DNA of 64,000 nucleotides, taken from NCBI GenBank assembly GCA_964544705.1, contig CAZJDA010000005.1:76661-140660 (forward strand), read 5' to 3'. Shown piece by piece: positions 8,505-19,998 of the stretch. Source of the DNA: an uncultured Bacteroidales bacterium (GTDB lineage: Bacteria; Bacteroidota; Bacteroidia; Bacteroidales; CAZJDA01). The notes beneath the pieces were generated by a model. The model saw only the letters and a list, made by a program, of their open reading frames with translations, ran no database searches and was not told the origin of the DNA. Made by a program: the position numbers and the translations under genes. Positions within the stretch are counted from its first letter, which is position 1, and every line of letters begins with the position of its first letter.

Positions 8505-9413
8505 ATGATAGAAATAGTACAAAATGATCACGTAAAATGGTATCACATTCTTAGCCCATCGGAAGAAAACCTCCAATTTTTGAAAGATAAATTTGACTTT
8601 CACCCGTTAGATTTGGAAGACTGCCGTAGTAAAACCCAACGTCCCAAAATAGATATTTATGAAGAATACTATTTTATTATCCTTCATTTTCCTTATTTTG
8701 ATAAAGTAAACCGCTTTCTTAAAACCAAGGAAGTAAAACTCTTCTGGGGTAAAGATTATATTATCACTGTCGGGAGCTCGCATTGGGTAGTAAAAGACCT
8801 ATTTAGCCGGAGTAAAGAAAGCGAAAAATTCAAAGCAGATTTTATGCCCAAATCCAGTGACCGCCTGCTTTATAGAATCCTGGAAAGACTACTGACAGAA
8901 ACCCTTCTTTTGCTGAGTAAAGTGAACAACGAGGTAGACCAGATCAGCAAAGACCTCTTTAACAAAAGAGCCGTTAGAAGCATTGAACGAATTTCCGTAA
9001 CAAGAAAAAACATTATACTCCTGGATACCATATTTAAGCCCCAGCTCAGGCTTTTCCAAAAGTTTGAATCGGGGAGCATAGAAGGTTTTGTTGATAACAT
9101 GGAAGACTATTGGGGCAACATCCTCGACTACTACCAAAAAATATGGGACCTTGTGGAGGATAATGAAGAATTGATAGAAGGCTTGTCCAAAACTTTCGAT
9201 TCGTTGCAGGCCAACCGCACCAACGAGATTATGAAAGTGCTCACATTCATTTCCACTACTTTGCTACCCCTAACTTTTATTACCGGGCTTTACGGGATGA
9301 ACGTCGGACTGCCTTTAGAAAATAATCCCAGTGCCTTCTGGATCATTATTGCATCTATGATAGTGATTGTGGTGCTATTGATATTCTATTTCAAGAAAAA
9401 AAAGTGGATATAA
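8505..9413 (+). CDS. corA: CorA-family magnesium/cobalt transporter
   Basis: GMN motif (GLYGMNVGLP) sits before two C-terminal TM helices. I prefer the internal ATG at 8505 (MIEIVQNDHVKWYH), because the track extension from 8373 runs over repeat-derived sequence. Confidence 0.85.
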   Translation: MIEIVQNDHVKWYHILSPSEENLQFLKDKFDFHPLDLEDCRSKTQRPKIDIYEEYYFIILHFPYFDKVNRFLKTKEVKLFWGKDYIITVGSSHWVVKDLFSRSKESEKFKADFMPKSSDRLLYRILERLLTETLLLLSKVNNEVDQISKDLFNKRAVRSIERISVTRKNIILLDTIFKPQLRLFQKFESGSIEGFVDNMEDYWGNILDYYQKIWDLVEDNEELIEGLSKTFDSLQANRTNEIMKVLTFISTTLLPLTFITGLYGMNVGLPLENNPSAFWIIIASMIVIVVLLIFYFKKKKWI

Positions 9414-9428
9414 ATTTTATAGATATTT

Positions 9429-10379
9429 ATGCCTGGAAAAGCATTCAGCATATTGTTTGTTGATGATGAGGAACAAAACCTTGTAACATTCAAAGCCACA
9501 TTCAGAAGGGATTATACGATATACACGGCCAATAGTGCTTTGGAGGGGCTGGAAGTAATGCATGAACATAATATCAACTTAGTTATTACCGATCAAAGAA
9601 TGCCCGAAATGACCGGCGTGGAATTCCTCGAAACCATACTTCCTGAATATCCCGATACAATTAGAATACTGCTTACCGGGTATAGTGATATAGATGCTGT
9701 TATTGAAGCCATTAACACGGGTAGGGTATTCAGGTATATCACCAAACCCTGGGACGAAAGAGAACTCAGGATGACCATAGAAAATGCCCGCCAATTTTAT
9801 GGCTTGCAAAAGGAAAATATTAAATCCCAATTCGAGGTCTTGAAAAACCAAGTCAACCCGCATTTCTTATTTAACAGTCTCAATGTATTATCTTCATTGA
9901 TTTATATCGACAAGGATGCTGCTGCAAAGTTCGTAAGGCAATTATCAAAAGTATACAGGTATGTTTTGGAGTACAAAGATAAAGAAACGATTTCACTGCA
10001 TAATGAACTCGACTTCTTAGAATCATACATTTTTTTGCTTAAAACCCGGTTTGATAAAAACTTGATCATTAACACAAGCATTCATCCAAGATTCAACAAA
10101 AAACGTATTGTACCCATGGCGTTGCAACTGCTTATGGAAAACGCCATTAAACACAACGTGATATCAAAGAAAAAACCCCTTAAAATTGATATTTCAATTG
10201 ATGAAAACAACTATCTTGTGATCTCCAATAACCTGCAAAAGAAAAGTAGCGTAGAGATGTCATCAAATATAGGTATCAAAAGCATTAACAAGCGCTACGA
10301 ATATATTACGGATGACAAAGTAATTATTAACAAAACCGAAGCGGATTTTACGGTTAAATTACCATTGGTAGAATCATGA
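9429..10379 (+). CDS. Receiver-domain-fused LytS/YehU-type sensor histidine kinase (no transmembrane sensor region)
   Basis: The N-terminal REC has LVITDQRMPEMTG. It is followed by the His_kinase motif NPHFLFNSLNVLSSLI and the ATPase N-box LQLLMENAIKHN. Confidence 0.8.
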   Translation: MPGKAFSILFVDDEEQNLVTFKATFRRDYTIYTANSALEGLEVMHEHNINLVITDQRMPEMTGVEFLETILPEYPDTIRILLTGYSDIDAVIEAINTGRVFRYITKPWDERELRMTIENARQFYGLQKENIKSQFEVLKNQVNPHFLFNSLNVLSSLIYIDKDAAAKFVRQLSKVYRYVLEYKDKETISLHNELDFLESYIFLLKTRFDKNLIINTSIHPRFNKKRIVPMALQLLMENAIKHNVISKKKPLKIDISIDENNYLVISNNLQKKSSVEMSSNIGIKSINKRYEYITDDKVIINKTEADFTVKLPLVES

Positions 10380-10398
10380 TATCTAAAATTTTAAATAT

Positions 10399-11178
10399 AT
10401 GAAGGTATTAATCATAGAAGACGAGCCATTTGCACAGAAAGAACTTGAAAGGCTTTTAACACAAGTCAATAAAGATATTGAAGTATTGCAATTTATTGAT
10501 TCTATTGAAGAATCGGTTAATTGGTTTATGAATAACCCAAGCCCGGAACTCATATTTATGGATATTCAATTGTCTGACGGTTTAAGTTTTGAGATCTTCG
10601 AAAAAGCAAACGTTCAATGCCCAGTTATCTTTACAACCGCTTTTGATGAATATGCTATTAAAGCTTTTAAAGTCCATAGCATCGATTATCTCCTAAAACC
10701 TATTGAGGAAGAGGAGTTAGAAAAAGCATTGATCAAATTCTATACATTAAAAGAAGCCAGGAATAAAAGAGACCTAAAGGCCGGGAACCTATCACAGGAG
10801 CAATTACAACAAGTCATAAACTTATACAAGCCAACGAGTTACAAGTCAAGATTCATTGCTAAAGTTGGGGATAACATCTTTCATATTTCTGTTGATGAAA
10901 TACCCTACTTTTATTTTGAAGAAAAGGTGGTATTTCTTGTTACCAAAGATAATAGGAGATACATCGTGGATTATACATTAGAACAACTTGAAAAACTTCT
11001 TGACCCGGATAAATTTTTCAGAATTAACAGGAAATACATTACCAGCATTGATTCTATTGATAAGGTAAGTAAATATTTTAACAGCCGGCTAAAAATCCGG
11101 CTTAAACCAAATATTGATGATGAAATATTAATTAGTCGTGCCAAAGTGAAAGATTTTCTTGGATGGTTAGATAGGTAA
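10399..11178 (+). CDS. LytR/AlgR-family response regulator (REC + LytTR DNA-binding domain)
   Basis: REC has LIFMDIQLSDG. The C-terminal LytTR-like block reads FFRINRKYITSIDSIDKV. Confidence 0.85.
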   Translation: MKVLIIEDEPFAQKELERLLTQVNKDIEVLQFIDSIEESVNWFMNNPSPELIFMDIQLSDGLSFEIFEKANVQCPVIFTTAFDEYAIKAFKVHSIDYLLKPIEEEELEKALIKFYTLKEARNKRDLKAGNLSQEQLQQVINLYKPTSYKSRFIAKVGDNIFHISVDEIPYFYFEEKVVFLVTKDNRRYIVDYTLEQLEKLLDPDKFFRINRKYITSIDSIDKVSKYFNSRLKIRLKPNIDDEILISRAKVKDFLGWLDR

Positions 11179-11530
11179 ACAGAGTCTAAATTTGGTCAAT
11201 CATTATCCAGTCCATGCATAGCTACCAATAAGAACAAAGTTAAAGGAATTATTTTAAAGTCAACTTGTTTCAATAACAATTTGGGAATTAAAAATTAAAA
11301 TCTTAATTTCGCCGTTCATTTTTAACACCAAGTTGCATTCAAAGATACAAAGTAAAATTTGAATACTTACTTGGCTTTTACCGATTATCGTTCAAAATAA
11401 TTCCAGGATTGAAATGAACTGAAATTATTTCTTTGAACGCATATCGGTATAAAACATTACATCAATTTTTGGGCTTTGAAATCATTGTTGATTAACAGCA
11501 ATTTAAGTTTTCTGTTTAAATGTATTTTGA

Positions 11531-13975
11531 ATGTGGAATGTATTAGTTCGTGTAATTCTCAGGTATAGATTAGCAAATCTTATAATAATTGGGCTCATTA
11601 CCGTTTTCCTGGGTTATAAAGCAATGAATGTCAGCCTTTCTTACGAAATGGCTAAGATGTTACCTTCTTCTGATTCTACTGCAATTGAATACGAAGAGTT
11701 TAAAAATGTTTTTGGTGAAGATGGCAATATATTTTTTGTTGGCATCCAAGATAAAAAAATATTTCAACTACCGGCATATAGAGGCCTTTACGAACTTGGT
11801 GAAGAATTAAGGAAAACAGAAGGTGTTGAAGAGGTATTGTCTATTGCAAGGGTTTTTTACCTGGATAAAGATACGTCAAAGAAGAAATTTATATTTCGTT
11901 CATTGGTTGATGAAAAACCAAAAACACAGGAAGAACTGGATAGTATCAAAAAAGCCCTATACGCCATAGAGATCTATGGTGGGCTTCTCTATAACGAGGA
12001 AACCGATGCCAACCTCATGATGATAACCCTTGATAAGGACAAGGTTAACTCTAAAAACCGCATTAAGCTCATTGAAGTTTTGAAACAGAAATTGGAAGCT
12101 TTTGGAAAGGAGCATAATATTAAGCTTCATTATTCAGGCTTGCCCTATATCAGGACTATCACAACAAAAAAAGTAAGAGACGAATTAAAGCTATTTGTAA
12201 TTCTTGCTATGGCCATAGCTTCGCTGGCGCTCTTCCTGTTTTTCCGTTCTTTTAAAGCCGTTTTGTTCCCGATGATCATTGTACTGGTGGCCTTGGTTTG
12301 GGTGATGGGAATGATAGAACTGCTCAATTACAAGATAACCATACTAAACGGGATCATTCCTCCATTGCTAATTGTTATTGTTGTTGAGAATTGTATATTC
12401 CTGCTCAACAAGTACCATGTAGAATACCGTAATCATGGCAACAAAGTAAAGGCATTATCTAGGGTAGTACAGCGTATAGGTAATGCCACCCTTATGACCA
12501 ACGCTACAACAGCTATCGGATTTGCTACTTTCATTATCACTTTTAATGATATTTTAGTGGAGTTTGGTATTATTGCTTCTATAAGTATCATGATGGGATA
12601 TTTGTTAACCCTGTTTATGATCCCAATTACTTTTAGCTATATTGATCCTCCAAAAACAAGGCATACCAAGCACTTGGAAAACAAAACCGTGAATAAGATC
12701 GTTAGTAATGTAGTACATTCTGTATTGTACAAGAAAAAACTCAATTTTTCCATTGCTTTTATTTTAATCATAGTTGGGATTATTGGAGCAACAAAACTCA
12801 ATAGAAGCGGGAAAGTTGTTGATGATATTCCAAAAAATGACCCGCTTTATGTTGACCTAGAGTTTTTTGAAGAACATTTCAAAGGCATTATGCCCTTAGA
12901 AATTTCTATTGATACCAAGAGGAAGAATGGCGTGTTGCGATTATCAACATTAAGAAAAATTGACAGGCTTCAAGAAGAACTGGGTTCATACGATGAATTA
13001 TCCCGCCCTCTTTCCGTTACAGAAGTAGTAAAAGCTGCCAAACAAGCATTTTACAATGGTAATCAAAACAGGTATAGCTTACCCAATAATATGGAGAAAA
13101 GTTTTATCCTTTCCTATGTGCCAACTCAGCAAGACAGCGCATATAAAAACAGTATACTCAATTCTTTTATTGACAGCAATCAACAAATTGCCAGGGTGAG
13201 TGTGCAAATAAAAAACATTGGCACAGAAGATATAAAAGCCATTAAAGATAGCTTACAACCCAAAATTGATTCCATTTTTAACAAGAAAAATTACGATGTT
13301 AAAATTACCGGCACTAGTGTTGTATTTCTAAAAGGTAGCGATTTCCTAATTAAAAATCTTAAAGTGAGCCTTTCTTTTGCTGTTATCATTATATCATTGA
13401 TCATGGCGCTGTTATTTACTTCAGCAAGAATGGTATTTATTACCATCATTACAAACTTATTCCCACTATTAATTACTGCCGGCATGATGGGATACTTGCA
13501 AATACCTATTAAACCCTCTACAATCCTAATATTTAGTATTGCTTTTGGTATATTGGTAAATAATGCTATTCACTTTCTTGCAAAATACAGGCAAGAACTA
13601 AAGATCAGGGACTGGAACATTAAAGAAAGCTGTATTTACGCTTTGCGAGAAACCAGTGTAAGTATGATGTATTCTTCTGTTGTGTTGTTTTTTGGCTTTG
13701 CTATCTTTATCTTTTCTTCCTTTGGCGGCACACAAGCATTAGGGATGTTAATTTCTTTCACATTGTTGATTGCTTTCTTCTCAAATATTATTATATTGCC
13801 ATCATTATTGCTTGTTTTAAAAAGAATTACGGATAAATCATTCAAAAAACCTGTATTCAAAAGCATTGCTTTGTATGATGAGAATATAGAATACAAAGAA
13901 CGAAAATACATGGTTAGTAAAGATAAATTTTTAAAACGATTTAAACGATTTAAACAAAAAAAACAAGGATCATGA
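11531..13975 (+). CDS. MMPL/RND-superfamily membrane exporter
   Basis: 814 aa with two clusters of hydrophobic helices separated by large hydrophilic loops. This is the RND/MMPL layout. Topology was judged by eye only. Confidence 0.7.
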   Translation: MWNVLVRVILRYRLANLIIIGLITVFLGYKAMNVSLSYEMAKMLPSSDSTAIEYEEFKNVFGEDGNIFFVGIQDKKIFQLPAYRGLYELGEELRKTEGVEEVLSIARVFYLDKDTSKKKFIFRSLVDEKPKTQEELDSIKKALYAIEIYGGLLYNEETDANLMMITLDKDKVNSKNRIKLIEVLKQKLEAFGKEHNIKLHYSGLPYIRTITTKKVRDELKLFVILAMAIASLALFLFFRSFKAVLFPMIIVLVALVWVMGMIELLNYKITILNGIIPPLLIVIVVENCIFLLNKYHVEYRNHGNKVKALSRVVQRIGNATLMTNATTAIGFATFIITFNDILVEFGIIASISIMMGYLLTLFMIPITFSYIDPPKTRHTKHLENKTVNKIVSNVVHSVLYKKKLNFSIAFILIIVGIIGATKLNRSGKVVDDIPKNDPLYVDLEFFEEHFKGIMPLEISIDTKRKNGVLRLSTLRKIDRLQEELGSYDELSRPLSVTEVVKAAKQAFYNGNQNRYSLPNNMEKSFILSYVPTQQDSAYKNSILNSFIDSNQQIARVSVQIKNIGTEDIKAIKDSLQPKIDSIFNKKNYDVKITGTSVVFLKGSDFLIKNLKVSLSFAVIIISLIMALLFTSARMVFITIITNLFPLLITAGMMGYLQIPIKPSTILIFSIAFGILVNNAIHFLAKYRQELKIRDWNIKESCIYALRETSVSMMYSSVVLFFGFAIFIFSSFGGTQALGMLISFTLLIAFFSNIIILPSLLLVLKRITDKSFKKPVFKSIALYDENIEYKERKYMVSKDKFLKRFKRFKQKKQGS

Positions 13976-14832
13976 AAGGAATTATTTTAGCCGGGGGTTC
14001 CGGCACCAGGCTTCATCCATTGACTTATGCCCTTAGCAAACAGTTAATGCCGGTGTATGACAAACCAATGGTCTATTATCCTTTATCCGTTCTGATGATG
14101 GCTGGGATCAAAGATATACTCATTATTTCAACACCTACTGACCTGCCACATTTTGAAAAATTACTCGGTAGCGGCAAAAATTTAGGGATTAATTTTTCTT
14201 ATGCCGTGCAAGAAGTGCCCAACGGACTAGCACAAGCTTTTGTTATAGGTGAGGACTTTATTGGAAATGATAAAGTTTCCCTTATTCTTGGAGATAATAT
14301 CTTTTATGGTTCGGGATTGCAAAAAACCTTACAGGAAAACAACAATCCTGGTGGTGGAGTAGTTTTTGCTTATCATGTTTCCGACCCCAAAAGATATGGT
14401 GTAGTTGAATTTGACAAGAACAAGAAAGCTATATCCATTGAAGAGAAGCCTCAACAACCAAAATCCAATTACGCTGTGCCCGGTTTATATTTTTATGACA
14501 ATAGCGTGGTAGATATTGCAAAAAACATCGAACCCAGTGCAAGGGGCGAATACGAGATAACCGACGTTAATAAACATTACCTGGAAAATGAAAAGCTGCA
14601 AGTGGGGATTTTAAGCCGTGGCACCGCTTGGCTTGATACAGGTACTTTTGCATCCTTATTGCAAGCATCGCAATTTGTACATGTTATAGAAGAAAGACAA
14701 GGACAAAAAATTGGTTGTATAGAGGAAGTTGCTTACCGCATGGGATTCATAAATAAAGAACAGCTTGAAAAACTTGCACAACCCTTACTAAAAAGCGGTT
14801 ATGGAAAATACCTAATAGACCTTATTAAATAA
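13972..14832 (+). CDS. rfbA: Glucose-1-phosphate thymidylyltransferase
   Basis: The N-terminal [18 protein letters not shown] and the overall RmlA-like sequence. The start overlaps the stop of the upstream gene. Confidence 0.9.
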   Translation: MKGIILAGGSGTRLHPLTYALSKQLMPVYDKPMVYYPLSVLMMAGIKDILIISTPTDLPHFEKLLGSGKNLGINFSYAVQEVPNGLAQAFVIGEDFIGNDKVSLILGDNIFYGSGLQKTLQENNNPGGGVVFAYHVSDPKRYGVVEFDKNKKAISIEEKPQQPKSNYAVPGLYFYDNSVVDIAKNIEPSARGEYEITDVNKHYLENEKLQVGILSRGTAWLDTGTFASLLQASQFVHVIEERQGQKIGCIEEVAYRMGFINKEQLEKLAQPLLKSGYGKYLIDLIK

Positions 14833-15782
14833 TGAATGAAGACATGAGGCAGATATTGATTACCGGTGGTGCCGGTTTTATTGGTAGCGATTTAGCTGAA
14901 AAACTTATTGAAGATAAAGAGAATTTTGTTGTTCTTGTTGATGATTTATCAACAGGTAACCTGGAAAAACTACCCAAGCAACCAAAAGACAACTGGCGGT
15001 TCATCAAATGTAACGTAAATAATTACAGGGATATCTCCGAGATCATGTTGTCTTTTCACTTTGATTATGTGTTTCATTATGCAGCCACTGTTGGGGTGCA
15101 AAGAACACAAAATCACCCCGTAGAGGTGCTAAAAGATTTGCATGGAATAGAAAATGTTCTTAGCCTTGCCAAAAGTTCTTGCGTGAAAAGAGTCTTTTTT
15201 GCTTCTTCATCAGAAGTGTATGGCGAACCCGTTGAATTGCCACAAAATGAAACAACAACTCCCTTAAACTCAAGAATTCCCTATGCTGTAGTTAAAAACG
15301 TTGGAGAATCTTACTTACGTTCTTATCATAAAGAATTTGGCTTGGAATACACCATTTTTAGGTTTTTTAATACCTATGGCCCCAAGCAAAGTATAGACTT
15401 TGTTATGTCCAGGTTCATCAATTTTGCATTGAACAACCAAGATATTTCAATCTATGGAGACGGGAGCCAAACCAGGACGTTCTGCTATATTGATGATAAT
15501 ATTGATGCTTGCGTAAATGCCTTTTATCAAAATAAAATCGTGAATGATGTTGTTAATATTGGCGATGACAGGTCAATATCCATATTAGAACTTGCTAAAC
15601 TTATTATTGATATAACCGGTTCAAAATCAAAAATTGCTTATTTACCAGCACTTGAAGAAGGTGATATGAAAAGAAGGCTGCCTGATGTTAGTAAGATGAA
15701 ATCACTGCTAAACAGGGAACCCATGGATATTGAAAAAGGCATTAAAAAAATCCTTGACAATCCTAAATACATAACCTTATAA
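14832..15782 (+). CDS. NAD-dependent epimerase/dehydratase (UDP-glucuronate decarboxylase-like SDR)
   Basis: Rossmann motif ILITGGAGFIGS and catalytic YxxxK (PYAVVK). Confidence 0.8.
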   Translation: MNEDMRQILITGGAGFIGSDLAEKLIEDKENFVVLVDDLSTGNLEKLPKQPKDNWRFIKCNVNNYRDISEIMLSFHFDYVFHYAATVGVQRTQNHPVEVLKDLHGIENVLSLAKSSCVKRVFFASSSEVYGEPVELPQNETTTPLNSRIPYAVVKNVGESYLRSYHKEFGLEYTIFRFFNTYGPKQSIDFVMSRFINFALNNQDISIYGDGSQTRTFCYIDDNIDACVNAFYQNKIVNDVVNIGDDRSISILELAKLIIDITGSKSKIAYLPALEEGDMKRRLPDVSKMKSLLNREPMDIEKGIKKILDNPKYITL

Positions 15783-15837
15783 TTTAGTACGAAAACTTTG
15801 TTTTCTGCGTTATAATTCAAACTTTATAAAACAAAAA

Positions 15838-17382
15838 GTGAAACTGCTTAAGTATCTATTTCTTTCCTTGGTAATATTAGTTATTTCTTCAACAACGCTG
15901 TTTTCACAACAAGAAGAAGAAACTACAAAAGTAGACCTTATTAATTCCAACACATTGGAATATAGCAAAAGGTATAACAAAGATGTGCAAAGGCTTATTG
16001 GCAATGTAATTTTTAAGCTGGACAGTACTTATTTATATTGCGACAGCGCTTACAACTATAACGACATCCAAAGAATTGATGCCTTTAGCAATGTCCATAT
16101 CAAGCAAGGAGATACACTCGATATTTACGGCGATACACTTATATTCAGTGGAGAAACCAATTTGGCTGAATTGCATAATAACGTGGAAATGATTGATAAA
16201 GAGATCATTCTCACTACGGACAATCTTACTTATGACCTAAATACTGAAATTGCTGATTATTACAATGGTGGAAAAATTGTTGATACAAGAAACCAGTTAA
16301 CCAGCGTTACAGGCAGGTACTTTTCAGCAGAAAAAGAATTCTTTTTCAAGGATAGCGTGGTTTTTACAAACCCGCAATACGTGATGAACTCCGACACCCT
16401 TATGTATAACACAAAAACAGAAATCGCATATTTTTATGGACCCACTACCATCAATAGCGAGGAAAATCTCATCTATTGCGAAAACGGTTGGAATGACTCA
16501 AAAAACAATATCTCTCAATTCAAAAAAAATGCTTACCTGGTAAACAAAGAAGATGGCAGAACGCTTCGTGGCGACAGCCTTTATTATAACCGTACAAAAG
16601 GTATTGGGAAAGCTTTTAATAATGTAAGTATTGAAGATACCCTTGAAAACATTACGATTACAGGCGATTTTGGAAGATATAACGAATTTGAAAAAATCTC
16701 CTTTGTAACAGGAAAAGCTTTGCTTACACAAGCGCAGGACGAAGACACCCTTTTCCTTCATGCTGATACATTAAAAGCAATCAATGATACGATTGATTCT
16801 AACAGGGTACTTTTTGCTTATCGTAAAGTAAAATTCTATAAATCAGACCTGCAAGGAATGTGCGACTCTCTTACCTATCTTTTTGCAGATTCACTTATCG
16901 AAATGAATTACAACCCTGTACTCTGGACTGAAGAACACCAGCTCTTTGCCGATACCATCAAAATTAAAACGGGAGACAACCGGATACAATCCCTTCATTT
17001 ATTCAATACTTCTTTTATCATTTCTATGGACGATACCGCCAAATTTAATCAAATAAAAGGCGATAGGATTACAGCCTATTTTAAAGATAATGAATTAAAA
17101 AGGATTTTTGTTGATGACCGCAGCCAAACCGTTTATTACATGAGGGATGAAAATGAGCACTTGGTTGGGGTTAATACTTCTTTGTCAGAAGACCTTATGA
17201 TACTTGTTGAAGATAACGAAATACAAACTATTACCTTCATTAAAAAACCTGATGGTATATTATACCCGGTAAATAAACTTCCACCCGAGAAACAAAAATT
17301 GAAAGGCTTTAAATGGCTCGATAAACACAGGCCGCATAATAAAAAAGAAATATTCAATTGGTACCCTTTAGATAAAGAATAA
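15838..17382 (+). CDS. OstA-like (LptA/LptD N-terminal-like) periplasmic protein
   Basis: Signal peptide followed by repeated beta-jellyroll-like segments typical of the long Bacteroidota OstA-like proteins. The start is GTG in the track. Confidence 0.55.
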   Translation: MKLLKYLFLSLVILVISSTTLFSQQEEETTKVDLINSNTLEYSKRYNKDVQRLIGNVIFKLDSTYLYCDSAYNYNDIQRIDAFSNVHIKQGDTLDIYGDTLIFSGETNLAELHNNVEMIDKEIILTTDNLTYDLNTEIADYYNGGKIVDTRNQLTSVTGRYFSAEKEFFFKDSVVFTNPQYVMNSDTLMYNTKTEIAYFYGPTTINSEENLIYCENGWNDSKNNISQFKKNAYLVNKEDGRTLRGDSLYYNRTKGIGKAFNNVSIEDTLENITITGDFGRYNEFEKISFVTGKALLTQAQDEDTLFLHADTLKAINDTIDSNRVLFAYRKVKFYKSDLQGMCDSLTYLFADSLIEMNYNPVLWTEEHQLFADTIKIKTGDNRIQSLHLFNTSFIISMDDTAKFNQIKGDRITAYFKDNELKRIFVDDRSQTVYYMRDENEHLVGVNTSLSEDLMILVEDNEIQTITFIKKPDGILYPVNKLPPEKQKLKGFKWLDKHRPHNKKEIFNWYPLDKE

Positions 17383-17416
17383 TTTTTTATCTTTATAACA
17401 ATCTATTTCTATTAGA

Positions 17417-17962
17417 ATGCATGAATTACTTTCCTGTTTTGATGTAAACTGGTTTAAAGCGTTGCAACTAATGCTGATCAGTAGCTTTAAATTCTTCTTT
17501 GCCATCCCCATATCCTATCAAATGAAATTCGACTTCCTGCAAACTGTAATTTTTACTTCAACCGGTGGAATTGCCGGTGTTTTTATTTATTTTTACCTAT
17601 CTTCTTGGATTTTATGGATGTATAGGAAATATCTCAAAAAGTATTATCTCAAAACCAGGGATTTCTTATTTTCATGGCTTATTGTTTATTTAAAACGAAT
17701 TAGGAAAAAACAAAAAAAGAAAAGCAAAAAGATCTTTACCAGGCGCAACAAATTAATTGTTAAAGTAAAACGCCAATGGGGGCTTTGGGGTATAGCTTTT
17801 TTTACCCCCATTTTACTGTCTATACCTTTAGGCACTTTCCTGGCCACAAAATATTATGCCAAGCGAAACGTTAAAAGCATACTAATAAGTTTGTCCATTG
17901 CTATTATTTCATGGTCAATAATTCTTTCTGGCTTCATTAGCTTTTTCAAAATAAAGTTTTAA
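17417..17962 (+). CDS. Small multi-pass membrane protein, function unknown
   Basis: 181 aa with 4-5 hydrophobic helices and a lysine-rich loop. Confidence 0.4.
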   Translation: MHELLSCFDVNWFKALQLMLISSFKFFFAIPISYQMKFDFLQTVIFTSTGGIAGVFIYFYLSSWILWMYRKYLKKYYLKTRDFLFSWLIVYLKRIRKKQKKKSKKIFTRRNKLIVKVKRQWGLWGIAFFTPILLSIPLGTFLATKYYAKRNVKSILISLSIAIISWSIILSGFISFFKIKF

Positions 17963-17983
17963 TTTCGGCAAAAAATCGAACCT

Positions 17984-19216
17984 GTGAAAAGCATCATATT
18001 AGAAAACATAAAACTCTCCTTTTCCAACATACGAAGTCATATGCTTCGTACCGTCTTAACAATTCTTATTATTGCTGTGGGAATAATGGCCTTGGTAGGA
18101 ATCTTAACGGCTATCGACTCCATTAAGAATTCCATTAACCAGAATTTCAGCAGGATGGGCGCTAACACCTTCTCAATCAAGAATTGGGAGATGATAACAA
18201 AAAGCGAAAACAACAAGCCCAAAAGCTATAGGAACATCACTTACAAAGAAGCCACACAATTCAAGGAAGATTTTAATTTCCCGGCTTATGTTACCATTAC
18301 TACTTTTGCTACAAACACGGCTACTTTAAAATATGGCCCAGAAAAAACCAATCCTAATATTGCAGTTATTGGTTCCGATGAAAATTATATTCATACATCA
18401 GGATATAAATTGAAAGAGGGGCGGAATTTCACGGCAGATGAGATCCATTATGGCAATAATGTTGCAATACTTGGGCATAACCTCTATAATACGCTTTTTA
18501 AAGGCCAATCTCCTTTAGGTAAAAGAATATCTATTGGCCCGGGCAAATATACCGTAATAGGGGTTTTAGAAGAGAAAGGGGCAAGTCTTGGTTTTAGTGG
18601 TGATAATAATTGCATTATTCCCCTAAACAACGTAAGACAATATTTTCCCCGCCAAGGAATGTCATATACCATAGAAGTTAAAACGCATAATCCCCAGTCT
18701 TTAGAAACTTGCATCAGCGAGGCCACAGGGCTATTTAGGATCATTAGAGGTGTGAAACCCGGCGAAAATAGCAATTTTGATATCGCTAAAAGCGATAATA
18801 TTGCCGAAATGCTAATTGAAAATATTCGATACGTTACTATGGCAGCAACTTTTATTGGATTCATCACTTTGTTGGGCGCTTCAATAGGGTTGATGAATAT
18901 TATGCTTGTTTCTGTTACCGAACGTACCAGGGAAATAGGAATTAGAAAAGCTTTGGGTGCAACAAAAAAAGTTATTCGACAACAGTTTCTTTCCGAAGCC
19001 ATTATTATTTGTCAATTAGGCGGAATATTTGGGATCATATTAGGGATTATTGTTGGCAATTTAATGTCTATGATAACTTCGTCAGGTTTTATTGTACCTT
19101 GGGCATGGATTATTAGCGGTGTGGTTTTATGCTTTTTTGTAGGTCTTGTTTCAGGTATCTATCCCGCTACAAAAGCTGCTAAACTCGACCCTATAGAATC
19201 ACTAAGATACGAATAG
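17984..19216 (+). CDS. ABC transporter permease, FtsX/MacB type
   Basis: An N-terminal TM, a large periplasmic domain and a C-terminal FtsX block ([24 protein letters not shown]). No ATPase partner lies adjacent. Confidence 0.8.
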   Translation: MKSIILENIKLSFSNIRSHMLRTVLTILIIAVGIMALVGILTAIDSIKNSINQNFSRMGANTFSIKNWEMITKSENNKPKSYRNITYKEATQFKEDFNFPAYVTITTFATNTATLKYGPEKTNPNIAVIGSDENYIHTSGYKLKEGRNFTADEIHYGNNVAILGHNLYNTLFKGQSPLGKRISIGPGKYTVIGVLEEKGASLGFSGDNNCIIPLNNVRQYFPRQGMSYTIEVKTHNPQSLETCISEATGLFRIIRGVKPGENSNFDIAKSDNIAEMLIENIRYVTMAATFIGFITLLGASIGLMNIMLVSVTERTREIGIRKALGATKKVIRQQFLSEAIIICQLGGIFGIILGIIVGNLMSMITSSGFIVPWAWIISGVVLCFFVGLVSGIYPATKAAKLDPIESLRYE

Positions 19217-19307
19217 TTTCCATCACAAAATACAATTTGTTTAAAGAAAAAAATATACACCCGGTATGTTTTCAATGTTTTTTTTTAATTTAGCACAATA
19301 AATATTT

Positions 19308-19973
19308 TTGAGTATGGAAAAAATCAGGGTATATATTGTAGACGACCACGACCTGATAGTACTTGGAGTAAACAAGATACTTAGCGTTGAAGAGAATATT
19401 GAAGTTGTAGGTACATCCAATAATGGTGAAGAAGCACTTGCTGAAATACGCAAGCTAAAACCTGATTTGGTGATATTGGATATCGACATCCCTAAAATTT
19501 CGGGAATACAAATTACAGAAGCTATTACCAATGAATTTGGAGAAGAAATTAAAATCATTTTACATTCTTCTTTTGTTGATGAAGAAAACATAGTTAAAGG
19601 TTTTGAACTTGGCGCTTTGGGCTACGTCCCCAAAAAATTTGAAGTTAATGAACTTTTAGAAGCTATAAAAATAGTAAATAGTGGGAAAAGATACATCAAA
19701 GGAGAAGTTTCCGAGATCTTTATGGATAGCTTTTACAAGGAAAGGACACATAAAGAAAAAATCAACGAGGTGAAAGAAAGCCTCACAAAACGAGAAATAG
19801 AAGTTCTGAAATTGATTACCCAAGGCATGACAAACCAGCAAATGGCAGATGAATTATACATAAGTGTTAGAACCATTGAAGTCCATAAAGCCAACATCAT
19901 GCGAAAGCTTAACATAGACAGCACTGCTGAACTCGTTAAATACGCCATAAAAAATAAAATCATTACATTGTAA
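19308..19973 (+). CDS. NarL/FixJ-type response regulator (REC + LuxR HTH)
   Basis: LVILDIDIPKISG, and LTKREIEVLKLITQGMTNQQMADELYISVRTIEVHKANIMRKL. Confidence 0.85.
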   Translation: MSMEKIRVYIVDDHDLIVLGVNKILSVEENIEVVGTSNNGEEALAEIRKLKPDLVILDIDIPKISGIQITEAITNEFGEEIKIILHSSFVDEENIVKGFELGALGYVPKKFEVNELLEAIKIVNSGKRYIKGEVSEIFMDSFYKERTHKEKINEVKESLTKREIEVLKLITQGMTNQQMADELYISVRTIEVHKANIMRKLNIDSTAELVKYAIKNKIITL

Positions 19974-19998
19974 ATCTCTCATAGCTTAAACAATCGAA

